From: Takakia lepidozioides
Lineage: Eukaryota > Plantae > Bryophyta
Length of the DNA: 64,000 nucleotides
Direction of reading: 5' to 3'
Assembly: GCA_030704615.1 (NCBI GenBank)
Contig: CM060734.1
Location: 15,438,001 to 15,502,000, forward strand
Part shown: piece after piece, positions 49,246 to 62,300 of the stretch
Layout: each line of letters opens with the position of its first letter
Position numbering within the stretch: the first letter of the stretch is position 1
Notes under the pieces: model-generated
What the model was told of the DNA's origin: nothing
Database searches by the model: none
The model's input: the letters and a program-made list of their open reading frames with translations, nothing else
Made by a program: the position numbers and the translations under genes

Positions 49246-51889
49246 TTATTTATGACCAGTCTCTCCCTCCATGGCAATTGCCTCACCCCATGGAGATCCG
49301 AGACCATGATAGATACGTCTTCCTCTGGGCTGAGCATGCACAACCACCTTCCAATTTCCCCCTCTTGTTTTGCCATCGGAGAAGAAAACTTGCTCCATGT
49401 CTGAAGGCCGTGAAAAAGGCTCATCGGAGGGACGATGAGTAGGGTTGAGCCTATTTGCATTGACGCGCATGAAACCACAACCATCTTGCACTAGTGTTGC
49501 GGAGGGCCCCACAAGATGTGGCTGGAACCACCTTCCCTTGAACTCCAACTCGTTGGAGCAAATCCACCGGAACAAGCCTCACAATCTGTAGATTGTTTCG
49601 CGAACCTCGGGAGTCAATGTCCCACGTACTGCAATGGGCAAGATGTCTTGCAATATATTATGATAGTTGTCAGACTTCAAACCATGGACAGTGTCTTCGC
49701 TGAATTTTGTACGGAGGGATGATCCATACCCGGTTGGTGTTCGGATAGCACCTATGGTGGCTCTCACTTTGTTGTATTCCTCTTTGTCCATTGCCAAGGT
49801 GCGCGCCTATACTTCCACCGTACAACACTCTTTGGGTCCACACCATTTTGTTCGGCCCATAGATGGCGCATGCGACCCTGCTCCTCAAGCTCCTTTCTAA
49901 CACCGAGAGAATCTCCTTTTGCAGCCACTCCCTTCTTTGTCGGCGTGCCATGAAGAACCCAAAAAAAGGACGAGCAGACATTCTTCTCAATATGCATGTG
50001 ATCTAGAAGATGGCGAATCTTCAGGTCCTAATATACCCCCACCCACAAATACTTACACAAATATTTTGACGTGAAAGTGACAATGTAACTCATACAAATT
50101 TGTGCAATATCACATGCATGCATAAGGATATTGATGGTGTTTTTGTGGAATATGTACCGCCCAATATGACAACTCGTAGAAGATTGAAAGTCGCTTCATG
50201 CTGGGCACGTCCACTTCATTGACCGTGCCCGCATGGGGTTCCTTCTATCGATCCTCCCAAAACTGCCCGAATGGTGTCATGAGGGGGGGGGGGGTACTTC
50301 CTCTTTGCCATCAAACAAGTATTTCTCTCTTCTTCTCCATCGATGGCTCATAGGAAGAAACTTGCGGTAGTTGGGATACACCATCTTTGAAGATGGCGGG
50401 TGCTATGTGCATCAAGATCATCGCCACAATGCAAGCATGCATGGTACCCTTTGGTGCTTAGCCCCGAGCAACCAGTTAGTCCTGTACACATCCCACCACA
50501 TTAGCAAAGACAAAAAGTTGTCATGTGCATGGCCCATAATGCCATCTACCCCACTACGGTGCACAAGACCGTCGCCGCTACTTCTATCAATCCCAATCCT
50601 CATCGATATTATCCGGCCTTGACAAGTGAATGTACGCGGGTTCTTCATGGGGAACATAATATACCTGGATAATCATGCATTGTCCAAAGCAAGATGCCTC
50701 TCATCTGAAAAGATTGTCCGGCCATAGGGTCAAGTGAAACATCCAATGCCGGGACCCTCCTCCATAGCTCCTTAAGTTCATCAACTAGAGGTCGCAAGTA
50801 CGTGTCCATGTTTGCCACTTGTTTTTTCCCTGTGAGACATTCACATCATTGTTTCAATGCTCCACCAATATGCAAATTATACTACATAATGAATTACACG
50901 TCTTACTCCATGATTATGTCACTCATCAATCTTGCATCCGAATTGCGCCAGAGATCAGAAGATTAATGTAAAGTCCAAGGGAATATTAAAAATGAAATGG
51001 GAACACTCACCTGGTACAATGGCAGCCAACATGATATGGTCTTTTTTTATTGACAGATACGGAGGGATGTTGTAATTCACCATGGTCACCAGCCAAGTGG
51101 GAGACTACATGACTGGACAGAGTATGGGTTGACCCCATCCGAGGAGAAGCCGAGGCGGACATGTCGTGGGTCCTCCAAGTGAAAAGGCCACATCTCTTCA
51201 GTATGCCTCCATGCTTGTGAATCTTGTGGCCCGCACACCTTTCCCGGGGGGCTCCGATGCGAGGCGTGTCATCTCATCAGTGTTCCCAATGAGGGGTTTT
51301 GGTAGTGTGCCTTCAATCGCGGGATCATCGGAAAGTAATGCATTTTCTAGGATGAAATACCCCACGTCCCCCACATGTAATCATCCCATTAGCACACATA
51401 ATACAACACCCTTATGTTTTCCCTTTATGCACCGCACCCTCTCCCTCATTAGGAAAAGAATGGTCAAAACCGAACGTCACTAATATTACTTGCTTCTTCC
51501 AAAGCCACAATCAGATCTTGCATGAGTACTACTCTCTAAACCCTAAACTTTGTGGAATAAACTTTACATGCATTGAGAAGATTAAAGAAAATAATTTCCA
51601 TGCGAGGGGGAATCCTCTCCGTAGTATAGGGTTTTATCACATGGACATGCATGAAAATCTTATAGCCCATCCCTACAGAGTCCAAGACTTCGCACGCCTC
51701 TTTCCGCGACCGTGGCATCTTGGGTTTCAAGTGTGGAGCAAGGATATAGTCCGCAATAGTTTGCATTATGGCAGACATCCCAACATTACTTATGCCAAAT
51801 CGAATTTGAAGATTGAGCAAAAGTAAGATTGTTGAAAGTCGACTCACTTTCGCCCCTTCGTACAAGGGAGTTCTCGCCTCCCTCTCCAT
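49246..51889 (-). pseudogene. CACTA TnpD-like transposase (Transposase_21 ... DUF4216), spliced, internally deleted
   Basis: RHVRLGFSSDGVNP, NYNIPP, DTYLRPLVDELKELW, DHMHIEKNV, TPTGY...GLKSDNYH, DEPF...EQVFF...WKVV. Confidence 0.9.
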
Positions 51890-53189
51890 GTCATTTGGGT
51901 TTTAAACTTTGCATGCGTGACGTTGCGCACATACATGTAATTATTGAATGACATATTTGATGCATGCACACATTGAAGGTTGTTGTTTGCATTCCCGAGG
52001 AGTTCCCAGGCGTTTCCACGCGTTCCCGAGCTTTCCCCAAGCTGGGGTTTGCTCCAGCACCTGCTGCCGACGAGCTATGGCTTCTGCGGAGCCATCAGCC
52101 CCGTCGCCCTGCACTCCTGAGCTCTCACGGCCCACTAGAAGCGCCCCCAACTCAAAAAGCAAGCAATATGCTGCCCAACAAACTCCATTTCTTCATGAAG
52201 CTCACAAAAACGAATTTAAAAATACACACCTTTACAAACTTGGTGCACTTGCACTTCTCATGCATATCCCCTGGCTCTAGGACGCCTCGCTGCTGCCCTT
52301 CCAGCCCCGCTCTTGCCACTCCAAGAGCCCTTACACTGCTGAGTTTCAGATTGAAACTCCAACTCAGCACATGTTTCACAAGTGCACTGATTTGCACACA
52401 AGAGGGACCTGCCCCCTCTCTTCACTCATACCTCTTCATGAGTTTGGAGCTGAAGCTCCCAACGAGCTGCGATGCATCCCCTCACAGCTCCACCATTTGG
52501 CTGCTCTTCATCTACCCGCAACAACTGATTTCGGGCAGAAATACCTGGAGCTGATCATATCATCTCCAACCTGCAACATGCTAGCTTCCCATGCACAGCC
52601 CACATTTCTGCAGCTCCTTAACTCGGCCTGTAGCTGAAGAAGATGACCACCAGTTCGCCCACTCGTGGCTAGCATCTCCTTCGCTTCACACTAGAAGCCC
52701 AAACTTGGTTGCCATAGCGTTGAGCTATGCAACACTGACCGCCTCTCTATCCATTGCAAACCTGCAATCTGTTCGCCTTTGCACTCTATCCGCTTTGGAT
52801 AGGCTCATGCACGAATCCCTGCACTCTAGGCTGAACCGCTTTTCATGATCTGAAAACACAAGTGCTACAACTAACTCGAACCTGGCACTCGCAGACTCGA
52901 GTTGATCTTTCTCGAGTGATAAAGAAATGAATGATACAAGCACACAAACTCTCTCAAACTCACATACTTGCACATGAAAACATCACTCATATATTAACTC
53001 GAGCCAAGTGCACCCCACGCCATGGGGAATCCACACTACGGCGCCATAGTTAGACGCGGTGAGGCTCAACTCGAGAAAGATGAGCCCACCGTGATGTGCC
53101 GTGAAGATAACAAAGTCAGGTGCCCAAACATGTATTGGCCCCTGGATTGACACTTGGATCAATCCCAAATGTCAATATATAAAAACTAG

Positions 53190-53890
53190 CTATTTCCTAG
53201 CTAACTTCACACTAGTGGTAAAATAACTTGACAGGTTCCGCCTCCATGCAAGCATCTCCTCCTCTTGTTGTTGAACAAGGTTATTGTATCTTGCCTCCCA
53301 CTCATGTATGGATGGGGTGTTCTTCACTATGAAGTCATGCGCTTGCTCAATAACCAAGGTCGGCAATTTTACCCTCTTCGATTTTTTGGGCAAAACGATG
53401 TCTTTGTTGTCCGGCCATAGGGTCAAGTGAAGCATCCAATGCCGGGACCCCCCTCCATAGCTCCTTAAGTTCATCAACTAGAGGTCGCAAGTACGTGTCC
53501 ATGTTTGCCACTTGTTTTTTTTCCTATGAGACATTCACATCATTGTTTCAATGCTCCACCAATATGCAAATTATACTACATAATGAATTACACGTCTTAC
53601 TCCATGATTATGTCACTCATCAATCTTGCATCCGAATTGCGCCATAGATCATAAGAGTAATGTAAAGTCCAAGGGAATAAGAAGCATGAAATGGGAACAA
53701 TCACCTGGTACAATGGCAGCCAACATGATATGGCCTTTTTTCATTGAAAGATACGGAAGGATGTTGTAATTCACCAAGGACACCGGCCAAGTGGAATGAC
53801 TACATGACTGGACAGAGTATGGGTTGACCCCATCCGAGGAGAAGCCGAGGCGGACATGTCATGGGTCCTCCAAGAGAAAAGGCCACATCA
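53190..53890 (-). pseudogene. Second CACTA transposase fragment
   Basis: Near-copy of 50715-51193 fused to a more C-terminal piece (EQAHDFIVKN). Confidence 0.85.
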
Positions 53891-54085
53891 AGAGAGGTCT
53901 ATGGTGACATCGTCAGAGCTGGAATTGTACCAAATGTCATTCTAAACACTGCCCTAGTGGACATGTATGCAAATTGTGGGTACTATTCGACACTACGGCT
54001 GAACGAGATGTGGTGTCATGGAGTGCGATGCTTGCAGGGTATGTACATCAAGGACGTGGGAAGGAGGCTTTGGAGACCTATGAGA
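53891..54085 (+). pseudogene. PLS-class PPR fragment
   Basis: REVYGDIVRAGIVPNVILNTALVDMYANCG followed by a degraded S motif. Confidence 0.75.
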
Positions 54086-55129
54086 TGTGGGCCATTGGTT
54101 TTGGCATATCCACGGGAAATGATAGTGGGGTCTACCCAACATAGGTGAGAAGTCAGCCCATAATTGCACTTGATTGAAGGGGTGATATTGGACTGACTTT
54201 GGTGACAGTGGATGGAATCAGAGTGCTGTCCTAATTCTGGGTTTGGGTGGTATGGCTGAACGAGATGTGGTGTCATGTTTGCTGCATGAATTCTAGGCTG
54301 TCATTGTCAGTTGCTAGCAACAAGGCAAGGATGTATACATGTTTTGTGCAGAGGCATGGATAGCTGAAGGAGCAGGGATGGAGTGTGGGTTTTGATTCAT
54401 CCAAGAGGGCCGGATTTCAAGCTTCAAATCACCTATGACTCCCTGTGGAAGGATAGCTACAAGAAACCTGCATGGGTAGATGGTCAACTGGAAGCCGCAG
54501 CAGCATCGGCACGATTGATAAAATCAGGCACTGCTCATGAAGGCACCTTCTTCAACACGTTTCACCCTGTTTTTCCCTCTGTTCAGAATCGGCCCTAAAT
54601 GTTGAATTCTGCAAGTTAGCTGGTTGAGTGAACCTTAAATAGTTTGGAGTGACTTTGACATGATACTGCCAATGTGACAACATGATTAGTATCCAGAAAC
54701 AGGTAACAGAGATGAGGAGAAACTGTGGAATGAATACTTTTCTGACCCAGTCAACGGTGGGACAATCGAGCAAAAAGGTGAATGTCTGTTGGATTACAAA
54801 GAGTAGCAGATGAAATTGAGTATAGGAACTAGAGTGATAAGTTGAGTTGGGTGTTTCCTAGAATAGATGTAGGCTGTCATTGTCAGCTTCTACCAACAAG
54901 GCAAGGATGTATGCATAATTTGTGCAGAGGCATGGATAGGTGAAGGAGCAGGGATAGAGTGTGAGTCCAGATTCATCCAAGAGGGCCGCATTTCAAGCTC
55001 CACATTATCTACGATTCCTTGTGGAAGGATAGCTACAAGAAACCTGCATGGGTAGATGGTCAACTGGAAGCCACAATTGATAAAATCAAACACTGCTAAT
55101 GAGGGCACCTTCTTCAACACATTTCAGCC

Positions 55130-55711
55130 TGTTTAGTAATGTTGGGATGTCTGCCATAATGCAAACGATTGCGGACTATATGCTTGCTCCACACTTGAAA
55201 CCCAAGATGTCACGGTCGCGAAAAGAGGCGCGTGAAGTGTTGGACTCCGTGGGGATGGGCTATAAGATTTTTCATGCATGTCCATGTGATAAAACCCTAT
55301 ACTACGGAGAGGATTCGCGTCTCACCAAGTGCCCAAAGTGCAAGGAAGACCGATATCGGGATGATGTCCAAGGGAAAAAAGTACCACACGAGGTATAAGC
55401 GCCATTCCCCCTCGCATGGAAATTTTCTTCTTTAATCTTGTCAATACATGTCAAGTATATTCCACAAAGTTTAGGGTTTAGAGAGTAGTACTCATACAAG
55501 ATCTGATTGTGGCTTTGGAAGGAGTGAGTAATACTAGCGATGTTCGGTTTTGACCATTCATGCCCAAATGAGGGAGAGGCTGTATAAAGGGAAAGACATA
55601 AGGGTGTTGTATTATGTGTCATAATGGGATGATTAAATGTGGGAGACGTGGGGTATTTCATCCTAGAAAATGCATTACTTTCCGTTCATCCCACGATTGA
55701 AGGCACACTAC
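55130..55711 (+). pseudogene. Third CACTA transposase fragment
   Basis: GMGYKIFHACPCDKTLYY...CPKCKEDRY zinc finger, then an intron. Confidence 0.85.
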
Positions 55712-55749
55712 TGAAGCCTGGAGTTGGCAACACTGATGAGGGTTGCTAG

Positions 55750-56366
55750 GCTTGCACACGCATTGCAGACACAAATAAAGGTGATGTGATTGGGCTTCAC
55801 CCCTTCCCACCATTTTCTCATAGGTCTCCAAAGCCTCCATCCCGTACCCATGCTGTGCATATCATGCAATCATTGCGCTCCAAGACACCACATTTCGTTC
55901 AGCCATTAGGTCGAACACTCCCTTTGCATCCTCAATGCACCCACATTTAGCATACATGTCCACCAGGGTATTAGTCAGAATGACATCTGGTAAAATTCCA
56001 GCTTTGACAATGTCCCCATGGACTTCCTTGCCCTTATCCAGCGTTCCCAGTCTCGCACACACCTTGCAAACCTAACCTGGGGTGATCTGGTCGGGCTTCA
56101 CCTCTTCCCTCATCATTTGCTCATAGGTCTCCAAAGCCTCCTGTTGTGCATAAGTTGTGATCATCGCAGTCCAAGACAGCACATCTCGTTCGGCCATATT
56201 GTCCCACACTCCATTGGCATCCTCGATGCTCCCACATTTTTCATACATGTTCATCAAAGCATGTCCAGAACAACATCTGGTACGATTCCAGCTTCGACAA
56301 TGTCAACATGGACCTCTTTGCCCTTTTCCAAGGCTGCCAGGATCACACACGCATTGCAAACACAAT
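55750..56366 (-). pseudogene. PLS-class PPR fragment (about two P-L-S triplets)
   Basis: GKEVHGDIVKAGILPDVILTNTLVDMYAKCGCIEDAKGVFDLMAERNVVSWSAMIA, repeated. Confidence 0.88.
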
Positions 56367-57439
56367 ACATGAAGGAAGGGAAGAAGAAAGAGATGGAGGT
56401 TGTGTTCACCGAGCAGGAGTGACTTGAAAATCTCGCTAAGTCCTCGGCCCCCTCAATGCGACTTACTGAGCTCACAACCCGAGCTCCCTATCAATTGTCC
56501 CGCTCGCAATTCGACGCGTGTCATTGTAATTTCAAAATAGTGCCATATGGGTTACAATTGATAAAAATGTCCCCGAGGGGTCCAACCCGCAGTCGTCAAC
56601 ACGACTGCAAATTTCATTAATATAAAAAATATATATTTTTCCCGATTTTTGGAAATCAGCCTATAAATCAGCGTGAAACCCGGAGTTCACTTCTGCGACT
56701 TGTATACTCCATCCTTTATGCCAATGTGGCATAAAAACGACTGTGACGGCTAGCAAGTCGTCATTCACAACCTGGAGTCCCACGCGCAGTCGTTTCGGAC
56801 AGAATCGCAACCGCGAGTCGGGTGTGAAAAGCACATATTCCTTGTAGTGTATGACCCCCGCATGCAAATACGGGGTCCCATGTCCACATCGCACTTTGCC
56901 AATACGCAAAGTAACTGTCAGACGTCAAATTGGAGAGCTCTAGAGGCAGTGAGGGAGGGAGCATTTGTTTTCAGCGCAGGAGGAGAAGGAAGTCCTTGTA
57001 TTTCACGAGCGGTAGAGAGAGGTAGAGAGCCAGAGAGAGAATGAGATTGTGAAACGTCAACGAAGAAGGCAAGGAGGATGCAGAAGGCAATGAGGAGAGC
57101 GTAGCAATGTAGGAACACGATTTTCAGGAGGAGGAACAGCCCCCCATCCTGCGCAGGAAGGGTGAAGAGGAGACTGCGTTTGAGGGCAAGACGGAAGCCG
57201 AGGAGGAGACTAATGTCGGCCTCCCGTAGAAATATCCTTACGAAGAGGTTGGAGAGGACGGAGAGGATGCTCGACACAGAGAACACATACAAGCGCAAAG
57301 TAGCTCTTGCAATTGGTGAGACTTCAGAGGCTTATAACTCTTGTTCGCATACAGCTTTTGCTTTTCGGACGCCTCATAAAGATGTAGCATGACACAGAGT
57401 GAGAAGGTGGGGAGGATTGAAGGTATGTGAAGTGTGTGG

Positions 57440-57960
57440 CAGAACAGTGTGCGGCGCCGCACAATGTTACAACCCCCTGTCAAGGTGTGTCATGAATGTC
57501 ATGGAACAGAGAGAGCAGGCACAAAGGGAGTTTTGTGAGGGTGAAACCATCACACAATCTGAAGCGTTGAAGGAATGGGAGACAATTGTGAAACCCGCAC
57601 ACTGTTTCTGCCCCTGTACAATGTATGCTTTTGATGTATGAAACAACAGAAGGAAAGGCTGAGTAGTGACGAGGAAGAGTGAGAAGAAGGCATGAAAACA
57701 GTGTGCGGCACCGCACACTGTTTCTGCCCATTTACATGGCAAGGTTTTGATGTTAAACTCAACAGGAGATAGGCTGAAATGTACTGATGAAGCATAGTGG
57801 AGTGGCAGCAGAAAACAGTGTGCGGTGCCGCACACTGTTTCTGCCCCTTTGCAAGGTAGGCTATTTTGTAAAAACAACCGCACGTAAACCAGCATGTAGT
57901 GATAAAGCATGTTGAAGTGGAAGCACAAAACAGTGTGCGGCACCGCACACGTGCTTCGCC
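57440..57960. repeat. Five interspaced palindromic repeats AAACAGTGTGCGG-nn-CCGCACACTGTTT
   Basis: Copies at ~57443, ~57590 (half), 57695, 57812 and 57927, separated by non-repetitive spacers. Confidence 0.85.
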
Positions 57961-57961
57961 A

Positions 57962-58570
57962 TTATCTTGTGATGCTTAGTCCTAGCTGCAAGTTGTGCAA
58001 TACCCCTGCTTTCATTTTTTCACTGACGTGGGGAGCTAATGCAATACGTCCACTTTCATGTGCCAGCCCATGGCATAACTCCCTAGCTCCATTGACGTGT
58101 CTCTTCTCGTAATAGACCAACTCTGCAGTGTCAGGGTCCACATAACATTGCTTCACTACAAACCGACACATACAACCCTTCTTGATGTCTTCCCCCGAAT
58201 TGGTTTTTGTGGTCTTGATTTGTTTCGGCTTCCGCTCAGTGGAAGTGCCCATGACTCTTGGCTGCCATGGTGGAGGTAACCTCCAAGAGGGCACCGGTTT
58301 TGTCCTCTGCATATATGAGCAGTGATACCTACGACTCAAACCACCTTCCGTTACTAACAGAGCAAAGGGACGCATAGATGCAAGGAACACAATGTATTAC
58401 ATGGATGGCACAAAGTTGGTGTGTGGAGAAAGGAGAGATCCCTCCGAATAGCCTCTTTGGCGATGTCTGTGGAAAGTGCATGGTCCATCGGAATGGGAGG
58501 AAACCCCAATGATGAAATCACTCGCACGACTCCATGGAATGTAGGCTACTTCGAATAGGCGTCCCATGCC
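57962..58570 (-). pseudogene. MULE/SWIM-type transposase N-terminal fragment
   Basis: VAYIPWSRASDFIIG, RYHCSY, KKGCMCRFVVKQ...VYYEKRHVN...CHG resemble plant SWIM-finger MULE-derived proteins. Confidence 0.7.
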
Positions 58571-59343
58571 ATTAGCATCGCCATTGTAACACATTATGAT
58601 TGAAAGCACCTAGGTTCGGGGATTGTAGTTGGTTTCGAAGTTTGCAAACAAGATGGGGGACAGTGTCTTCACTTTTGTCAACTTAACTAAATATTTTAGA
58701 AGTTCAAACTTGAATTTTGGATGTCATATGTGACCATCCATGTATGAACATGTTTCCACGCATGGTCATGATGGAATGGTGCTGTTAAATGAAACATGTA
58801 CTACAGGCATGATGGATGACTGTGTTACATGATTGATGTATCATGTATTTCATGCCTGAGTGGAGTGGGGGCAGGGGCGGGTGGGCCCAAGTGTGCCAAA
58901 TGCAGTCTCATGCACCAGATCCCTCCTATCACCCTCTCCAGGGTCCTCTTTGCAGGATGTGCAGGATCCTTTGAGATAATCTCCCAGTCACTCCACCTTT
59001 GTTGCATCCTACAATATGTTCATACTCAACTGTAACCTGCACAACTCCCCTCAAACAACTGCAGGTGGAGTTGTGTTACTGAAAACATCGAGTCCGTCCA
59101 TAAGGTTTTTGGTGAGACCATGACCAGTTGTCCAACAATGCAGACTTTAGTTCGCCGCACTGTAAAAAGAAGAGACAATCCTCTGCTGAAAGCACCAAAC
59201 AACTCAAACTGAGAAGCATACCTAGGTCTGAGTGCCTGACTGGAAGTATCGGATTATACTATCACTGAACTCAACTAACAAACTCGTGGGTCCACAGCAC
59301 AAATCAAGACTATTGAAACACTTGTCTTCCACGGTCCAATTCA

Positions 59344-62300
59344 TTAGCGGTCATGCCTATCGTTACGCCTGCAAAAGGAATCATCCAACAGAAGGATATG
59401 TCGTTGGCTATCAGTACCTGATGCGACTCATACATACTAGACTACTCAAAACTTAAAACTCCTCCCTCATAATTTCAAACTCCCACAACCACATGATCCC
59501 AAAATGTACAACATACTTCAACCATTGGGTTACTCTGAACCAGGAACATAACTATTTTCCTGACAACGCTTCTGAACCTTTCCCAGAGTCCCAATCTGAG
59601 ACCTGAAATCAATCAAGTTGACTTTGTAAGTACTGAGTTACACACATGCATTATACTCTCCCCCTGCATGTGAACACAAACTTCTTTTGGCTTTACTGAA
59701 CACCTTCACATGGATGAGGCCTACCTATAACGATCACCCCTGTCTCTCAGTCGCTCCCTTGAGCGCGAACGTGACCTGCATTGGACATCCAATGTCTTGT
59801 AAAGAGATTGTTTCTTCATCATGAATCTCCATGGAGTATAGCTCAAGTCTAAGATGATACCGACCTCAGCAAGCGACACTTCAGAGTAAGTCCCACATGC
59901 AATGTGCTAAGAAAACAAATAATTTTTAAGCTGCAGTACATACTATCAACTAAAATCGCATCTTACCTGCGCTGAGTTCGACTATCATAGTCACGATCTG
60001 ACCTTCCACGTTCTCTCCCCCTGTCCCGATCTCCTCTGTCCCTCTCCCTTCCACTGCGATGATCGCGCACTCGCTCCTTTTCATGCTCCCTTTCACGTTC
60101 CTTCTCTGCTTCCTTTTCCTTCTCACGATCTACACGTTCCCTCTCACGCTCTCCATCTTTCTCCCTCTCTCTGTCTTTGCTGAGACCCCGATCCTTGCTA
60201 GGACCCCGTTCTCTAAGTCTGGTACAAAAAGAACACACGATGCCAGTCTCAAGATAGCATATACATACCCCAAGCCAAGTCACTCCCATGCATGGAGGCT
60301 CTCCTCTCACCGACACACAAGCTCAAGGGGCCACACTCTTTCTCACCTATCCATCTCATCTCTTTCACATGAAAACAGAAGGATTGAGACCTCATCGCAT
60401 CTCAACACACAGACAGTATCATCAAGTAAAGACGATGAAATCTGTCTAAAAGGTAAATGCCTGTACTGCAAGACATGAACACACCCTGCATTCTTTGTCA
60501 TGCTTCCTTCACATAAATACCATCAGCATAGATAGTGGGCTCCGCACACTCTCAAGCTGGGGTTAACACTTCCTCACCTCTCCTCCCCTTTTCTCCACCT
60601 TCCAGAACAGGCATAACATTCATGCCCCATGTTATGGCTAAGATGGCAGAGTCAAGTCTAGACCTGTTAGTATACAGCCACAGCCCAAATGCAATCATCC
60701 AAGGCCCACAGAGGTTGCTTTAAGGTAAGGCCTGACTCATGGTTTCGCCAAAAAATGCTGCGACTTCAATAAGGCAATTGCCAAAGAACTATACAGGATT
60801 TTAGGCGGTTGCTGGGAGACAATGAGAGAATCATCCAGCAAAGAAGTAGAGGTTAGAAAGCTAGTGATGGTCTGATTGAGTCCAATGTCACAGAATGTCA
60901 CTTACTTCTCCTCCTCTACTGCCTCGGGCCTTCGCACGCTATTCCTCTCGGCCTGATACTCATCCAAAACACTGAAATCAGCAATGATACGTGAAACGCG
61001 ATGTTCCCTCTTCTCCTAGATGTGATCTCAAAAGACTGAAAACCGGGCCAGAAGAGGGAGAGTGGTGGTACTCTGTTGGGAGTGAAAGTTGGACGAAATG
61101 TTATAAGCATCATCCACGAGAAGTGAAATGTGCCTCCCATAACAGGCTCACATCAAGCTCAACAGACTTTCACCCCTGAAGAAGACATGCGTTAAGAAAG
61201 TGCCCAACCAAGACAAAGACTGCCTCAGTGCCTCATATTTGGATCACCTAGCCCATAGCGGCTACTACACATCCTTTTATAACTTTGAGGCACCTCGGAC
61301 GTGGTGATATCCTAATTCACAGTCGCTCACATGCCCAGCAGGATCATCCTTCCCAATTGGCTAACCCAAAGATTGAACAACAATAGACACAAGTTTGTAG
61401 TTGACCCTTACACCAACCCCTGGATTTACGGTAGAGAATGAAATACAAAATATAGGTGACTTAAATGCAGGACCACCTAAAGTGTCTTAAAGACTGGACA
61501 ATCTTTAGGAAGATTGAGCCAAGACACCACCAGCCCTTCCTCCCCATTCAAATCTGCAAAAAAGCCAATCCTTGGCCTTTTATTCACCAACCTTCCAACC
61601 AAGAGTCAAGACAGACCCCAGACCACCCTGACACTGTCAATAATCTGGACATCGGCCTGGACACCTGGTGACAACACTTAAGTTCTTCACACCCTAGCAT
61701 GTGCTATCATTCCGTGGCACTTGCATCATCATATATTACTGCACAATTTATTGCAGCACTTCATTGGAACTCCAACCGAAACCTGAAGCTTGGACTCACC
61801 AATGCTGTTTACATGAGAATGGCTCAGTTCTGAGGGATGTTCTAGGCCACTGTTGAACTACAGACAATTAATTTGCTTCAGCTCCATGACTGTCCACCCG
61901 TCCATTCATGAGAAAATAACACCATTACGGGTTGCACGAGGTCTTACAAAATGTGCACCGAAGGAGCTGTTGATTGGTAGGACAGGTAAACCGCAGTAGA
62001 GGTGATTGGACGAACTTGGTTTACTTGACATAGAAGCTGCCAAGTGGGGACACCAATTACATTCCATAAGCCTGCGAGTGACTAGCTCAAACTCTGGTTT
62101 TTCATCGCATTGTTCCAGCTGACACAGTTGCGGACTCTCCATAACACTCTTCTCCCGAATATGCACAAACAGGTAGCAACATCCACCTTTCTGTGTGGAC
62201 CCTTGCTAGCTTAATCAACCACGTGGACAAGGCTGCCAAAATTGCTAGCCAGGACTTCTAGGACAGAGCACATTAGTGAACCAAGTCCTATGAGTAGATT

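Noticed and set aside
57440-57960. True CRISPR locus
   Set aside because: Eukaryotic context, long spacers, perfect-dyad repeats and no cas genes; kept only as an unexplained array
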